A stretch of 62,435 nucleotides of DNA, counting the filler, from Globobulimina sp. (taxonomy: Eukaryota): the NCBI GenBank assembly GCA_003354225.1. It is 11 parts of 11 records of this genome, joined end to end, with 100 filler letters (N's around TTAATTAATTAA, not from the genome) between each part and the next. Parts side by side here need not be neighbours in the genome. Positions count along the whole stretch, not along the records: positions 11,389 to 16,979 come from PIVH01000498.1; positions 17,080 to 22,670 come from PIVH01000499.1; positions 22,771 to 28,359 come from PIVH01000500.1; 8 more parts are not named here. One strand, written 5' to 3'. Positions 11,389 to 25,700 of the stretch are shown here, piece by piece. The notes beneath the pieces are model-generated. The model did no database searches, was not told where the DNA came from, and saw only the letters and a list, made by a program, of their open reading frames with translations. The stretch's first letter is position 1, and each line of letters begins with the position of its first letter. A program made the translations under genes and the position numbers.

Positions 11389-14192
11389 ACCACCAACACC
11401 AAAATTCAAAGCATTAACACTATCAACAACACCGCCAACACCACAACCAACACCACCACCGCCACCATCACCGCCACCATCACTGCCACCAACACCACAA
11501 TTCAATGCATGCACACTAAGCCCGCCGCCACCAGTCCCACCACCGCCACCATCACGCATGCGACATATGAGTGTCTATGAGCAGTTTTCACCACATCCAT
11601 CGCCACAAACCGCTGCTGAGAATTGTAACGACTCAGAAACAGTCATCGATTTCAGTATTTTTGATAATAACGAAGCAAAATGCGATATCAATGGCGATGC
11701 GAATATAATCAATAATTGTTTGTGTCTTAAACGACTTATCAATGCTCTCCGATATTATCAATCATTAAATACGCGCACAAACAAAAAAGCGCAATCTGCA
11801 TTTATAGAGTTTATCACTTTAAAATACAAAGTTTATTTGGACGATATCATTCATCTCACAAGCATTCACGAGCAACATTTAGAATATATTAACAAAGCGT
11901 TGCTGCCCGAGGACTATTTTGGACACTGCGACATCAATAAATGTTCACTGGCTGCTCGCCATTGCAATATAAAGGAGGATATCTCTGAAAACAAGGCAGC
12001 AAATGACACAGAAATGGAGCCACTATTTTTATTCTACCAGGATACCTTCGATACTCTCCATTATTATTTACTTCATTTGTTTGAAACTGGTCTAAGAATC
12101 GCGCAGTTGCAGCCTGATGAGAATGTGATGCGAACGGAGTTAACTGACGAAAAAGAAACATGTGCACAATTTCTCAACAACAAGTTGATGATTAGCACTA
12201 AACGCAAAAAATTAGCTCAGTTTTTTGATAGGTTTTTGTCGAAGAATGAAGCCATAAATCTCAACAAACAACCCAGTAAATTTATCATTACATCGTTGTT
12301 TGATGTGGACGATGAAGGTTTGTATATATTTAATTTGTTTCTGTGGTTCTTGCTGTTGAATAAAAGTCGAATTCGTTTCTTGTGCAGCTACATTTATAGA
12401 TGGATTATATGAGGCGATGCAAATTGAGGATGTTGTATCCGATAATGAACAAATACATGCATTGAGCCACTATTTAAATGAGGAAGAGTTTGATACCGAA
12501 GCATTGGTGGCCGATGTTAGCAATGTGATTATGAGGCAAAAAGCATCCAATGTGCTAAACATATTAAACAGCAAAACCTATGTTAAAGCAGTTTATGCCT
12601 ACGTACAAGAAAAAAAATGTATGTTGTTTATGTTGTTTAATAAATATATACAAACTTTAAATATTAAATTATAAATAGTGAAAGGATCTGCATTTAATAC
12701 TGGTATTATATTCTGGTACTGGCCATATTATGCTACATTGGATGATAATAAACATAATTATTACGAACACCGCAACTATAATGATTTTGGTGGCTACACA
12801 GCATCACAACTGTACATTGCACGCGGTAAATATGGCAATTTAAAGCTAGAAGTACTGAATAACAATGACAACGAAGTGGGTATTCATGAATATAATGACA
12901 TGGTTTATTTGAAAGCTCGGCAATATATAGAGACCGAAAAGGTGAAAAGCATATTTGCAACAGGAACAGCAAAAGGTGTGTATCTTTATTATGGTATCGA
13001 TGAATACGCGCCATTGCATTTGGCTCATTTGATGGCATTGATCCTTTATTGCGACTTCAGCCGATTATGTTCTTCATTCAGCAAAACATTTCGCAAAACG
13101 AAGACGAATGAAACATTGGAATCGGTGCGATACAGAAACAAAAAATATTGGTGGATGAGCAAATTGTTGCGAGAGGCAGTGAACTATTACGGCATTAATG
13201 GTGTGGTGGATGATTACGCAGAATATGAGACTGGTCCTTTTTTTTGTGGCATGGACCGCGTTATGATTCTGCCATGTTTCGCGATGAGACTATGCGGCCC
13301 CACATCCACTACCAGACAACAACAAGTTGCGCTGAATTTTGCTGACGAAAAAGGAATGATATTACAATTAAATAATAAGTATGGCGGAGGAGGCAAATAT
13401 TTGCGATTCTTTGATGTTTCGTGGCTATCGAGGTATAAAGAGGAAGATGAGCGGATTTTCATTGGTGGCACACATTTAATTCAAGTCGAGTCCATAACGC
13501 TGATCTGCAGCATGGAGAATTTTCAAATATTTTTCAACTGTTTGTATTGGTTCAATGCAGCGATAGATGGCGCGGAGCTCTTTGGTATGAAGAAAAATTT
13601 CAATAAGAAAGCTCTTCAAATAATATCGTCATTATTTGCGCAAAATAACCGTGCAATCCATAGTTACATACTTGACACGTTCAATATGTTTATTTTCAAC
13701 AAGAAAACGATAGTTCTTAATATGGATTATTTGTCTCGGCAATGTCCGCAGTATGTAACAGCTTTGATATTTGATTCGTTTGTTGGTGGAGTAAGAGATA
13801 AAAATAAAAGGAAAGATGCGTATAAAGATGTAAATACTGATTCAAATTTATTGAGGCCGCAGTTGTTGAATACGTTTGCCGCAACGACAAATATTGTTAT
13901 ATATTGTACCAATGGCGAAGGAGATAGATCTTATATATTCTCATTGTGTGCTTTATTAAAAGTGTTATCATCATTCAAGACCAGGAAAATAAAATGTGTA
14001 TTGAATGGAGTGTGGAAGGAAACACCAACTCAGCATAATAATTATGACGAGAGGAGAAGTTGGTTATATTATACCTATAAAACAATGTCTTCATCACAGC
14101 GCCAACCAGATGTATTTTCTTCGTCTGTGACTGAAACAATTGACCTTTATTATGGCTATAAGCAGGATACATTGACGTTTCAAAGTTTATGA
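11389..14192 (+). CDS. Proline-rich protein with C-terminal ADP-ribosyltransferase-like domain (5'-truncated)
   Basis: Frame-preserving introns 12318-12399 and 12619-12678. Motifs LILYCDF, KLLREAVNYYG, PFFCGM, GPTSTT, SRYKEEDERIF. Confidence 0.65.
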
Positions 14193-14662
14193 TTTTTTGT
14201 TTTTTTGTTCAGGTTTTTGCTGCACCAAATTAAAGATTGAGTTTTTTTGTAATAATAATGCTCTCACCACCTGTCTTGTTGTCGTTGACACCTTCAAACT
14301 CAGCCAGGTCTCCAATAGCGTCAAGAACTCTAATCACACCAATCACGCCACTCACTTCAAACGTATGCATATTGTTTCAGCATTAGGCGAGTTTCGTAAA
14401 TAAATGTCAACAATGGGTGCACGTGTTGCATATCAATAATAAATTTTTGTATCGATATCCAAGAGCAACACTCATTCAAATACAAAATATGGACTTTGAA
14501 CATGTTTGTATGTAACCAACATTGCGGACATTTACTTATTAAACTTAACCACTATTATTATATATGTCAATAATATTAAATTAGGGGAGTTTTAACACTG
14601 TCGACCATGAACAATACAAACGACGTGTAATACAACGTCGCAGCTACAGGAAATGCTGTCCG

Positions 14663-16165
14663 TTGTCTGATATTCGTTTGTCATTAGTGAACAAATTTTG
14701 TCTATCACTGTTATTTTTAATTCATATGGCCTCAAACTATTGGATAATGGAACAATTATTGATAAATCATCATCACATAGAATTTTTCTTGCGAGTATTA
14801 TATATCTACTTTGGTTTATATATTGTATCCCTAAACTACTTAGAAAGAGCTATCGACGAAGGCCGGTTAAACAAAACATTGACACGTTTGTTATCCTGCA
14901 GCAGCAGATTTTATTACCGTGACACCTGCACGCAATGCATCCAAAGAACGAATTTTCTCATCATTTCACTGCCAATATTCATGCCCTTAGTCACCATCTT
15001 TATGCTATTTGACGATCACAACCGTAACTCCTTTCGATACTGGTACCAGATATATATGATTGTGGCAGAGTTGATATCAAATACTGTGACCCTCTGCATG
15101 TATAACGATGCGACCACTTTGTTTCCCATATTAGCACTGGTATCTATGTGTGCTGCTATTTTGTATCTGTCTCTTTTGAAAATAAAGCTGGATGAAATCA
15201 CGTGCAGTTACAAAGTGGTCAGCATCCACTTCCTATTCGAATGGATATTGTGTTTATATTATGTATTGATTATAAGTTTAATAATAACGCACGACAGCAT
15301 TGATGATAGATATTATATCTTTTCGTACAGTGCTGCCGTAAATTTCATTTTTCCGCACGTGCCATTTACGTTACATTACTGGTTCAAAAAGTATTTTACT
15401 GCATACTCAAACACGTACAATAAAGCAGAGATTGTCTGGATACTATCAGGCGATGCTACTGTTGATTGTGAGTTGGAAGATAGAATGATTAGAATATATT
15501 GTTTGTTGCATGAATATTACCATCAGGCGCATGATCATCAATGCAGTGCTGGGAATACAGCGGATTCCATCTCAAATGGAATATTGATACAAAAACACCA
15601 ACGTGGTGGCATGGAATGTTATGAGTATTACTTTGATTTTATAGCTATATCTCGTTTGAAGAAGAAGATGAAATATATCAATGAAGTGATCGGACATAAC
15701 TCAATTTGGGTGCAATCCTCGTGCGGTGCGTATGTTATGATCATAATCGGGTTATCCACTGTGTATTGTTACGTGTTCCCATTAATTTGGTTTTTTTATG
15801 TTTACATTTATGACAATGATGCGCATAGAATGCAGTTTGAAACGTTTGAAATTGCCTATAAATGGTTCACATCCAATTACAATAATTATGAACATTTATT
15901 TTTCTTAATCTTAACATTATTTTACTTTGTATTTTTGGTATTGTTGGTGCGGTTTAGTATTCTAACAAGGAATCGGCAGCCATTGTATTGGAATTATATT
16001 TCAAAAATAGTCCAAAATCGTGTCCAAAATGCGAATTTTCACAGTCCAAATATGAAAAAATTGAAAAAAGATTATCAGAGACTTTGTGTTGTCAAAGTAT
16101 TGATTGAATGCTATGATTTCATTCCTGTGTCAGTTGGTAGTGTTATACTTACTTATTTATATTAA
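14663..16165 (+). CDS. Multi-pass membrane protein, unknown function
   Basis: 500-aa ORF with many hydrophobic helices; start codon uncertain. Confidence 0.6.
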   Translation: MSDIRLSLVNKFCLSLLFLIHMASNYWIMEQLLINHHHIEFFLRVLYIYFGLYIVSLNYLERAIDEGRLNKTLTRLLSCSSRFYYRDTCTQCIQRTNFLIISLPIFMPLVTIFMLFDDHNRNSFRYWYQIYMIVAELISNTVTLCMYNDATTLFPILALVSMCAAILYLSLLKIKLDEITCSYKVVSIHFLFEWILCLYYVLIISLIITHDSIDDRYYIFSYSAAVNFIFPHVPFTLHYWFKKYFTAYSNTYNKAEIVWILSGDATVDCELEDRMIRIYCLLHEYYHQAHDHQCSAGNTADSISNGILIQKHQRGGMECYEYYFDFIAISRLKKKMKYINEVIGHNSIWVQSSCGAYVMIIIGLSTVYCYVFPLIWFFYVYIYDNDAHRMQFETFEIAYKWFTSNYNNYEHLFFLILTLFYFVFLVLLVRFSILTRNRQPLYWNYISKIVQNRVQNANFHSPNMKKLKKDYQRLCVVKVLIECYDFIPVSVGSVILTYLY

Positions 16166-16278
16166 TTGATTTATATTAATTTCCTGTTTGATTTATGGCA
16201 AAAATTAAATCAAAGCAACATAACAATTCTTTAACTAGATTTTCAAGAAAAACCCTAGCTTCAACTGAAAAAAATACC

Positions 16279-16979
16279 ATGTCGTTAGCAAGAGAGTTCA
16301 TTGCCTGTTGCAACTGTGAGGTTGAAAGAACAGAAGAGATGTTGTATAGGTGTATTAAACCAGATTGTTCTAAAATAGGTCAAATTTATTGTGAAGATTG
16401 TGGTCAGAGCGCACACAAAAGAAAAAATCATAAATTTGACATCCACAAAGATCATATTAAATTAGTAAAAAAACAACAAATTGATCATATCCAATCACAG
16501 ATATCTGTTAAATAATCTATTCATCCTTTCTGAAATAAATAAAACATGCGACATTGTTGATTGTAGGGAGGATTATCAGTGCTCAAAAAGACTGTGAACA
16601 CCCATAATGAGCAAACATATAGCATTGTAAGACAAGGATATTCCGCAGCACTGATTAGTGGAAGTGCCTCCTATATTATCGCTGAAGTTATTGGTATTGG
16701 TGATAATGTAGCCAGATTAAGTAGCGTAAGCAAATCTATTTTGAAAGGAGCTACAGATATTGGCAAACAAGGCCTGTTAATGGGTGCTGTGACAGATGTT
16801 GCAATGGAAGCTAGCAAGTTAGCGGCAGAGGGAGCTTTGGCTGGTGCCCGTATGTTTTCTCAATATATATACATTGACTCAATTCAAGCAAATTACTTGT
16901 GCTTTCTCTATAATTATACAGTGGTAATGGCAGGATTCGAGGTTGCTTTACAAACAGCGAGATTCATGAATGGAGAAAT
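16279..16979 (+). CDS. B-box-like zinc-finger protein (spliced, truncated)
   Basis: CCNC...C...C...YCEDCGQSAH...H; continues after a short intron into ORF 16579. Confidence 0.5.
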
Positions 16980-17079
16980 NNNNNNNNNNNNNNNNNNNNN
17001 NNNNNNNNNNNNNNNNNNNNNNNTTAATTAATTAANNNNNNNNNNNNNNNNNNNNNNNNNNNNNNNNNNNNNNNNNNNN

Positions 17080-17748
17080 AATTTTATCTTTGCAAACTGA
17101 AGTAAGTTGATTAAGAATTGGCGTATCACACCATCCGGGATGCACGCTATTACACCGGATGCCTTTCGCCATATATTCAAATCCGATCTGTTTTGTCAAG
17201 CCAAAAACAGCGTGTTTGGAGACCACATATGGTCCGATGCCAACCGCTGCTCTTTGCCCTGCAATGGAGGAGATATTAATAATGGAACCTTTTATATCTG
17301 CTGTTTTATGCAACATTGAGGGGATAAAATATTTACAGTTCCAGTATACGCCCATTACATTTATATCCATCAAATATTTGAATTCTTCATTTGTGATTTC
17401 GAACAATGGCCCAAAATAACCAGCAATGCCTGCATTGTTTACTAATATGTCAATTGAGTCATATTTATCAGTTATAACTTTTGTATACGATTTAATATCG
17501 TTTTCATTGCTCACGTCACCGTACATTGTTTCACATTTAAATTCGTTTTCTAATTTTGCCAAACCTGGTTTATCAATATCAATACCAATTACTTTTGCAC
17601 CATTTTCTGTAAATAATTTTGCAGTTTCTCGTCCAATGCCGCTCGCAGCTCCTGTTATAACAGCGATTTTATTTTGTAGCCTTTTTGATGTTGGTTTTGA
17701 ACAAAAATATCTTTTTGACAGCCTAAATGTGAGTGATGTCATTGACAT
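17080..17748 (-). CDS. Short-chain dehydrogenase/reductase (3'-truncated)
   Basis: TGAASGIG, LVNNAG, NISS, YVVSK; mitochondrial-targeting-like N-terminus. Confidence 0.92.
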
Positions 17749-17793
17749 GATTGTGACTGGTAACTTGAAAGTTTTTTTTCGAGCTGTACATAC

Positions 17794-20700
17794 ATGGCAT
17801 CCTTATCTTGTGGTTTCGCTATGCAGCCTAAAACAGTATATGCCGGTGTTTTAAATAAAAAAGGCCAAGTCAACAAATCGTGGAAGAAAAGATGGTTCGT
17901 ATTGTATGAAAACCGAAAATTAGCGTATTACGCATCGCAAAATGATGTCGTAAATTGCAAAGATCCAATAAACTCCATCGACCTATCCACCATAAACCAA
18001 GTCCGTATAGTGAATAAACCATCGTATAAAAAGCCCAAAAGACGCAAAACATTTTCCATCGCTTCAATGAGCTCAAAACAGCACAGCATTTCGACCCTAT
18101 TCACCCACTTAACTGCGTATACAACAAACCACAAAATAAAAAATGCCATCACGTCCCTAAACGACTGTAATTATAACACGCAGTTTTCATTTGAATTAGT
18201 TTCACCAAAACGAACGTACACTTTATGCTGTCACCACGCCGCGTCCTTCAACGAATGGGTCGACAATTTGGAATCGGCCGTATTTGGACAGAAATTGTAC
18301 AAAGGATGGATACGGAAACAAGGCGAAAAAAGAAAGACATGGAAGAGACGCTGGTTTATCATCTTCAACACCAACGAAATGAGATATTATTTGGACGACA
18401 AATTATCCAAACCCAAAGGCTCCATTTTGTTGACCGATTTGTTGAATATGCGCTTAATTGACGACGGCATCAAGTACAGTCAACCAAATATCTTAGAATT
18501 GCAAACAGCGCATCGGCTATGGGTCTTATCTGCGGATAGCAAACAAAACCGACTGTTGTGGTGGCAGCGCATCAGCCGTTTGATGAACGGCATCAATTTG
18601 GCGCCCATTTACGAGGATCACTTATTTAAATATGACTTGCAAGCAAAGTGTTGGATTTATAAATACTTCGCATTGGACACCAAAGCTTTGTTGCAGTTCG
18701 ACAAAATTGAGGATTGTGAGCGGTATAAAAATTCTACACATTTCACGCTGGATTTGTATCGGAATCACACCGCAAAATATGTGCAATCCACGATTGCTTT
18801 GAACAAACATCCGGTGATTAAGCGTTTGCATAATCAAAATATGGACGATTGTGATTTTAAGCAGTTTCAGAAAAACAATTTATTCAAAATCGAAACCAAT
18901 GCCGGTTCATATTATTTTGCTGCCGACCATGCCGTGCAAATTGAACGTTGGTTTGCAGCGTTTAAACAGTTAAAAAAACAGAGAGCGGACAGGAAAAAGC
19001 AGCAAAAATTCCAGCTGTTGAGGTGTCAAACTTATTCATTCACGCATCCGCTGCACAGAAATAATTATAACATATTGACTGACCACAAGGATGACAATGA
19101 CATCGCGCCGCGTTTGCATTATAAATCAAAGACAGTGGGCCATTTCGACGACATTCAATACCAATCGTTTGCCGCTGAGATAACTGAGATTGCCGCGGTC
19201 GCACAACATCGCAATATCCGACACCGAAGATACAACTCACAGTCACAAACCAGTAAGAAACTGAAACAAACCCAACACCAAAAACGTTATAGCCACAACA
19301 ATATCGGCTTAGAATTAGATATCTCGCAATTTACAAGAAACAAATTCAACCACAATGGACATTACTTATCCTGCGACACCAAAATACGTAGACGCAAAAC
19401 CACATTGCCTCGCACCCAGACACGGCGCACTTTGCTCGCAAAACGACCGAATATGAGCATTGTCTCCGCATTGATGGCGCTTGGCTTCCTCTCCGAGAAT
19501 GGCTGCAAACGCGCCGCCTTGACTGTGAATAACGCCTCGGCCGAGCTGGCAGCAAATTGGTTGTTTGATAATATGGAGAATCCCGCCGTGCATTTACCGT
19601 TAATATATTCAGACAGCGACGACGATATCGAGTACGATAATGAGTATATATTCTCAGATGGGGAGGTTGCGACTGATCAGGGCATGGATAGGAGATTAAG
19701 TGGTGTTGATTTGAAGGGAATTGAGGATATTCCAGAGTTTGGGCTGAAAGCTGACACGTATTACAAATATAGCTTGTGGGAGAGGGCGAAAATAAATTAT
19801 ACGAAGGCGATAAAGAAGGCGCTGCGACACGAAGATAACTTAATTTATAAAGAATGCAAAGATCGGGAACATGTGGATAAGATTTATAAATGGTATTGTT
19901 ATCGATCGGAGTGTTGCAGACATTTGAAGCAATATCCACAGGCGGTCAGCGATACAAATGCATGGATGGAGAGGGTGTGTACATTTGTTTGTATATACAG
20001 TGTATTTGCTGTATTTCATATGTTTGAAAATTCAAAAAGGTGTTATTTAATGATGATAGCTTTGATTTTATTGAAGGCTGCGAGATTGCATCGGGGATAT
20101 GGATGGATTTGAGGCGGTTCAATGCGTCGAAGGTGTTTATTGAGAAAGGGTTACAGATCGATGGCAGGAATATGTTATTACAGCAACGGCTGCAGAGAGT
20201 GGCTAGGAAAATTAAGCAAGAATTGGCAAAGTTGGCGGTGGAGATTGACATGAAACAGTTGGAGTTGACAGTGGACATTGAGGAGAAATGTGAGAGTGGT
20301 GCCAGTGATGTGGAGTGGGAGGATATTATTGGTGGATGGTTGGAGCTCATTGGTGGCAAAACAGCGCAGCAATTATTTACACAGTCAGCGGATACTGATA
20401 TTGTTTGGGCGGAGAAGCACGATATTTCTATGAATGAATGTGTGCAGCGATTGGTGTTTGTAATGAGAGTGTATGGGACGTGGAGCACCAAAGTGACGCA
20501 GACCGATGCCACAGAGTTCATGTCTATGTACGATATATTGTCAATGTTGAATGAGTACTCAGTGCCGCAATTAATTAATGATTACCTTCATGTTAAAGAG
20601 GTGTATATTGACATTGCTATTGATGGGGAACAGCATAAACAAAGGGAGATTATATGGAAATATTTGCAATTTAAAATTGGCGATTGCTTTGATACAAAAA

Positions 20701-22457
20701 TTGCAGGTTTGATTAAGAAGAGACAGTTTCGAGATAAATCGGCGGTGGATTGTGATGAAGAAATGCGGGCAGAATTATATTTTGGTTATGCTGAGTCGTC
20801 GGATATTGTTACTTTGCAGGTATTGGACACGATTTATTCATTTGTATTTTGTTCGCATGAGGTTGTATTTAATGAGGATTATAACCACACGAATGAATTA
20901 GTGGCATTTATTGGCAATCATCAGAGCTCAAATGAGTATGATTTCGACTATGAAGAGGTGTATTCTAAGTATATTACAAATGTGTCACAGAATGAGTTCT
21001 CAGAGTTTAATATTGGACATAACATAAATAATTTTATTGCGAACAAACAGTATAAAACATTGAAAGAGGAGCTATTTAACAATAAAGTTTATAAAATAAG
21101 CGAATTGGAATGGAGCGATGTATTATTTAAAGGGAAATTGTTCGCAAAAACATATAAAACGATGGATATAAATTGCTGTGCCGCAGACGAAGGATTTTTA
21201 AATGAAAAATATAAAATTAAAGCAAATCAACCAATATCTTTAACGCATTTAATTGTATTATTGCTATATACAAATAATAATAAATTGCGGCAAACGTTTT
21301 TAGATGAAAATACATCAAAGGAAGAGACTGCAAATTTTAGATTGATCCTGAAAGAATGTCTAATATTTTACAGCAAAGTTACGCCATTAAACACAAAGTT
21401 TTATCATTGCATATCGTGTGATAATTCATCACCGATTTTATTTAATGAATATGCGGTGAATATATTGAGTGTGACCTCATTAACAAAATATTGTTCCGTA
21501 GCAATGATGAATTACAATAATATGGAAGCAAATGATAATGAAAGATATCAACATTTAGTGTTAGAATTGAAACAAAGAGACAGCAGTCCTTTAAAACAAA
21601 TGGATATTTCATTTTTAAGTGATGCAGGATTTGAAGGTGAATATATTGTAAATAAATGTTCATTTTCTGTCTGTAATATGTATCATAAATATGTGAGTTA
21701 CGAGGTTTATATAAATTCATTATTATTGTTTAACAAAATTATAAATGGACAGTATTTACTGCATAGTGATTATCATAAACAATTATTATATCAAATGCAA
21801 ATTGTTGAATGTATGAAAGGTTTAATGATTGGCGAGAATAATAATAAAACACCGACATATATTCAATTGCTGTTCAATTGTTTAATCAGTAAAACCTCCC
21901 AATTATTTTTATTAAAATCTCAATATGAAAATTTATCTGACGGTATTTGGGATAATTTAATAATTATTGCGGAGAATGATGATAATAATATTAATAAATA
22001 TGAATTTGGAGATTTTTTGTCATTTTGGAAAGCCAAAAATTTAAAATGTGCCAAGTTTGTAAATGAATATAAATGGAATGAAAATGATTTAAAACAATTT
22101 TATAATTTAAAAAAAGACGAACAATTAATAGGTCCAGAATTAATTTATCCGTTAAAGAAAAAAAGAAATAAAGAACAAGAAGATATTATATTTGTTTTGC
22201 TTTGCAAACGATTAAACAGCAAAAAAAATAAAGATTTATCTGAATTAGCTATAAAATGTAAAAGATTTACACATCAAATAAAAAGTATTGAGTTGCGATG
22301 GAATGTGTTGCTCTATAAAGCACAATTTGCAATTTGTAAAAATATTTGTTTGACAAAGCAAAATAATTATCAATGTATTACATTTCCATCCAATTTAATC
22401 ACACAAATTGATACATTTCAATTCCAGATCGCTATAAGAGTTTTATCAATAAAATAG
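17794..22457 (+). CDS. Multidomain protein: 3 PH domains, UBA, TPR-like region and a degenerate ART-like domain
   Basis: KKGQVNKSWKKRWFVL and KQGEKRKTWKRRWF (PH); LMALGF...AANWL (UBA). Phase-0 intron 19975-20039 joins the two long ORFs. Confidence 0.8.
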
Positions 22458-22770
22458 TGTCGTCTTTTTTTTATTTTTTCCCCTTTTTTTTTTGTTGAGT
22501 ATGCTGTTTGTTTTTTTATTTCTGGATATTAATAATTATTATTTATTCAGGACGAATGAATTCTGATTTTGATTTTTGAATAATTGCGCTTTAATTTACA
22601 GAAAATTAAGCTTAAATAAATCTTACAAATCGAGAAACCTGGAATTAGCGTTGAGCCTCTTGGACCAAATNNNNNNNNNNNNNNNNNNNNNNNNNNNNNN
22701 NNNNNNNNNNNNNNTTAATTAATTAANNNNNNNNNNNNNNNNNNNNNNNNNNNNNNNNNNNNNNNNNNNN

Positions 22771-25700
22771 AATAAACAACAAAACAAACAACAACAACCA
22801 CAACAATATGAGACAGAGCGACCACAACAAGATTACAAAGAAAATTGGTATTATTTAGAAAATATGAATAATTGGACACCATTTAATAGATTTATATCAT
22901 TGATGTTATGCTATCGCTACAACGAGAGAATAAAAACAAAATTCGCATTGTTTTCATCATATCAAAATAGAGCAAATATGCGATATCTATTTAACTTCGA
23001 TTTTAGTAATAATAATAATGAAATATTTGAACCAATCAATAAATTAATTTGTTACGGACATTTATTGGATAATTTCATCGTAAAATGTGATATTCCATCA
23101 AATGATATAATCAATGAAGAAATTGAATTATTATATTTATTAAATGCAAATAATTATAAAGTAAATACCGAATCAGCGATAAATAATCATTTGAAATTAT
23201 TACCGCATCCATCCAATCCCTTTTTGTTTGGCACATTTATCGGTGAATTAATATATAATTTCAATTGGATGCTTAATCAAGAAATAAAATTAAAAAACTT
23301 CATCATCAAAAATAATATCAATTCAATAAAATTAAAGCAAAAATATCTAAAAAACAAGAAATTATTCAAACAAATTATGAAAGATAATTGTGGATTTTTT
23401 TTGGGTGTCACACATTTGTTATTTCTTTATTTAAACGAATTATTAAACAATAATATAATGATAAAGTCCTCCAATGATATCTACCAAGCCATTTCGCAAA
23501 AATTTATAAAACATTTGAAATATAAAAAAATTGTGCAAATCCAGTCCATTTTTGTGAAAAACAAAATTGATTCTACAGCATTTTATAATTTGTATTTGGA
23601 AAATAACAATTTTCACAGTGACCAATTATTAGCACACTTTTTAAAGAACATATTATCATTAAAAGCGTCTCAAATTCAACAATTAATGCCATTCATTAAA
23701 AGTGCCTTTCAAATCAATCCAAAACAAACAGAGCAAAGCACAAATATAAAAAAAGCCATTCCGACCATTATAAATCAGAAAAAAAAGAAAAAGAATAACA
23801 AACCGCTGGCGTCCATTACAACTTCGTTTAATATCTGGTTAGGAAGAAATATTTTGTATAACAAACAGCAACTAATTAAGCAGCAAAATGATGTCAAAAT
23901 ATACATTGAACGAAATAATTTGGGCTCCACACCGCTAAAAAAAATGGGTAAAAAAGAATTTGTCAAAGAATTGCATTTAAAATGTCAACTTCCCATTGGT
24001 CCATTAAACTTATTATATGATAATTTGCCCATTGATGTGCAGGATGAGTATGACTATGACGCTGCGACCGATCAGATGATAATTATTGAGTTTATATCAA
24101 ATTATTTATATCAATTAAGATTTAATAACATTGAAAGAATTCGAAATCGCTGTCTTGCCGCCAATATTAACGAGGAAACATTCATTGAAATACTCAAAGA
24201 CAATGACAAATTATTTGCGTTCTTAAACAATAAAATCAAAATCAAAAATAAATATAAAATCAATAAGTTAATCCCCAAAATACAACGATATGCACACAAT
24301 TTATACCCAGATATTAATATAATTAATGAAAAACAGACGAAAACACAAAATACTACGAATACATTCGGTACCTGGCTATCACAGATCTGTTATGAACGGA
24401 GGACATTGACCAAACAACAGGAGATTATTGAGCTTTATATCAAAAATAATAAAAATAACATAGACAGTATCTATGATTTAAATGAATGGGATTTAAGAAT
24501 GTTATCAAGAGAGTTATCCATCGATGCCACTGTTTTCATGGATAAGTTGTATATTTCTCACAAAATTAAAAAAGAAAACTTAACGTCAAAGGAGAAATTA
24601 ATCAAAATGATGAAAAAAATATTATATGATTTGCGAGTGGAAAACATAAATATAATTCTATTCAAATGCAAATATAATATGGATGGCATTGATGATGACT
24701 ATTTTTTGAATGATATTGTTATTAATGATGTAAAATTACACAAGTTTTTGCTGTATAACATAGGCTTTGAGCCCGTCGCTGAGATACCGACATTGATTGA
24801 AAATATCAGGAAATATCTGAAAGAACTGAATATCATCAAATATAATACGGATGAAAAAGACGAAGAGAAAGATATCGGTTCGCAGACCATTTATGGCAAT
24901 AAGATTGGACGGTGGATTGGTGAGGTTATTCACGATCGGTTGTCATTTTTAAATATAGCCAAAACTATCCATGCGTTTATTATCAGCAATCATTGGAACA
25001 GCGGCATATTGCCGCATATCGGCACTCTACTTTTTGTCAACAAATTAAAAACACATTTATTAGCAAATAATTGTGCTGAGAATATGTACAATTCTGACAA
25101 ATTATTGTCAGCCATTTGGGTGCGACTACAGTCGGTGTACGTAAATAATGCAAATGCGTTCCATGCCACACATTATGAAGTCGCTGCCGTTGTGTTTGAA
25201 TTTATTCGCGAGATAAGAAGAGCGAATATCTATCAGATTGGGGTCCAATGTAGCAACGATATGCAATGCATCGATGCGAAAACATTTTATACCAAAATTG
25301 GATCAAATAAAAATATTTTGCGAAAGTTTATCAATAAAATCTTAACCCGGACAAATCAGCAAATATTGGGCGTTCGGAAGGAATTAATCATTGAAAAAAT
25401 ATATTTCTTTTTGTCCGTTGATATATTGGATAATAATATTTTATTTGAACATTGGTTATCGAATTTAATTTACGATCCGGTCACGTTGTGGTTGAATACA
25501 GTGCAAATTAATAACTTTTTAGTGCAGCAAAAGATGAATGCGATACGTGCGCAAACCTGGGGAGAATACAATTTTATTAAAAAAGCAGCGAAGCAATGTA
25601 ATAACTTAAATGCAAAGCAATTGTTGCAACTATTTAATATGTCATTGAATGCGATGGATACAGGCAATGCCAAAGACATTGTTCAGTTAATTTCGCAAGA

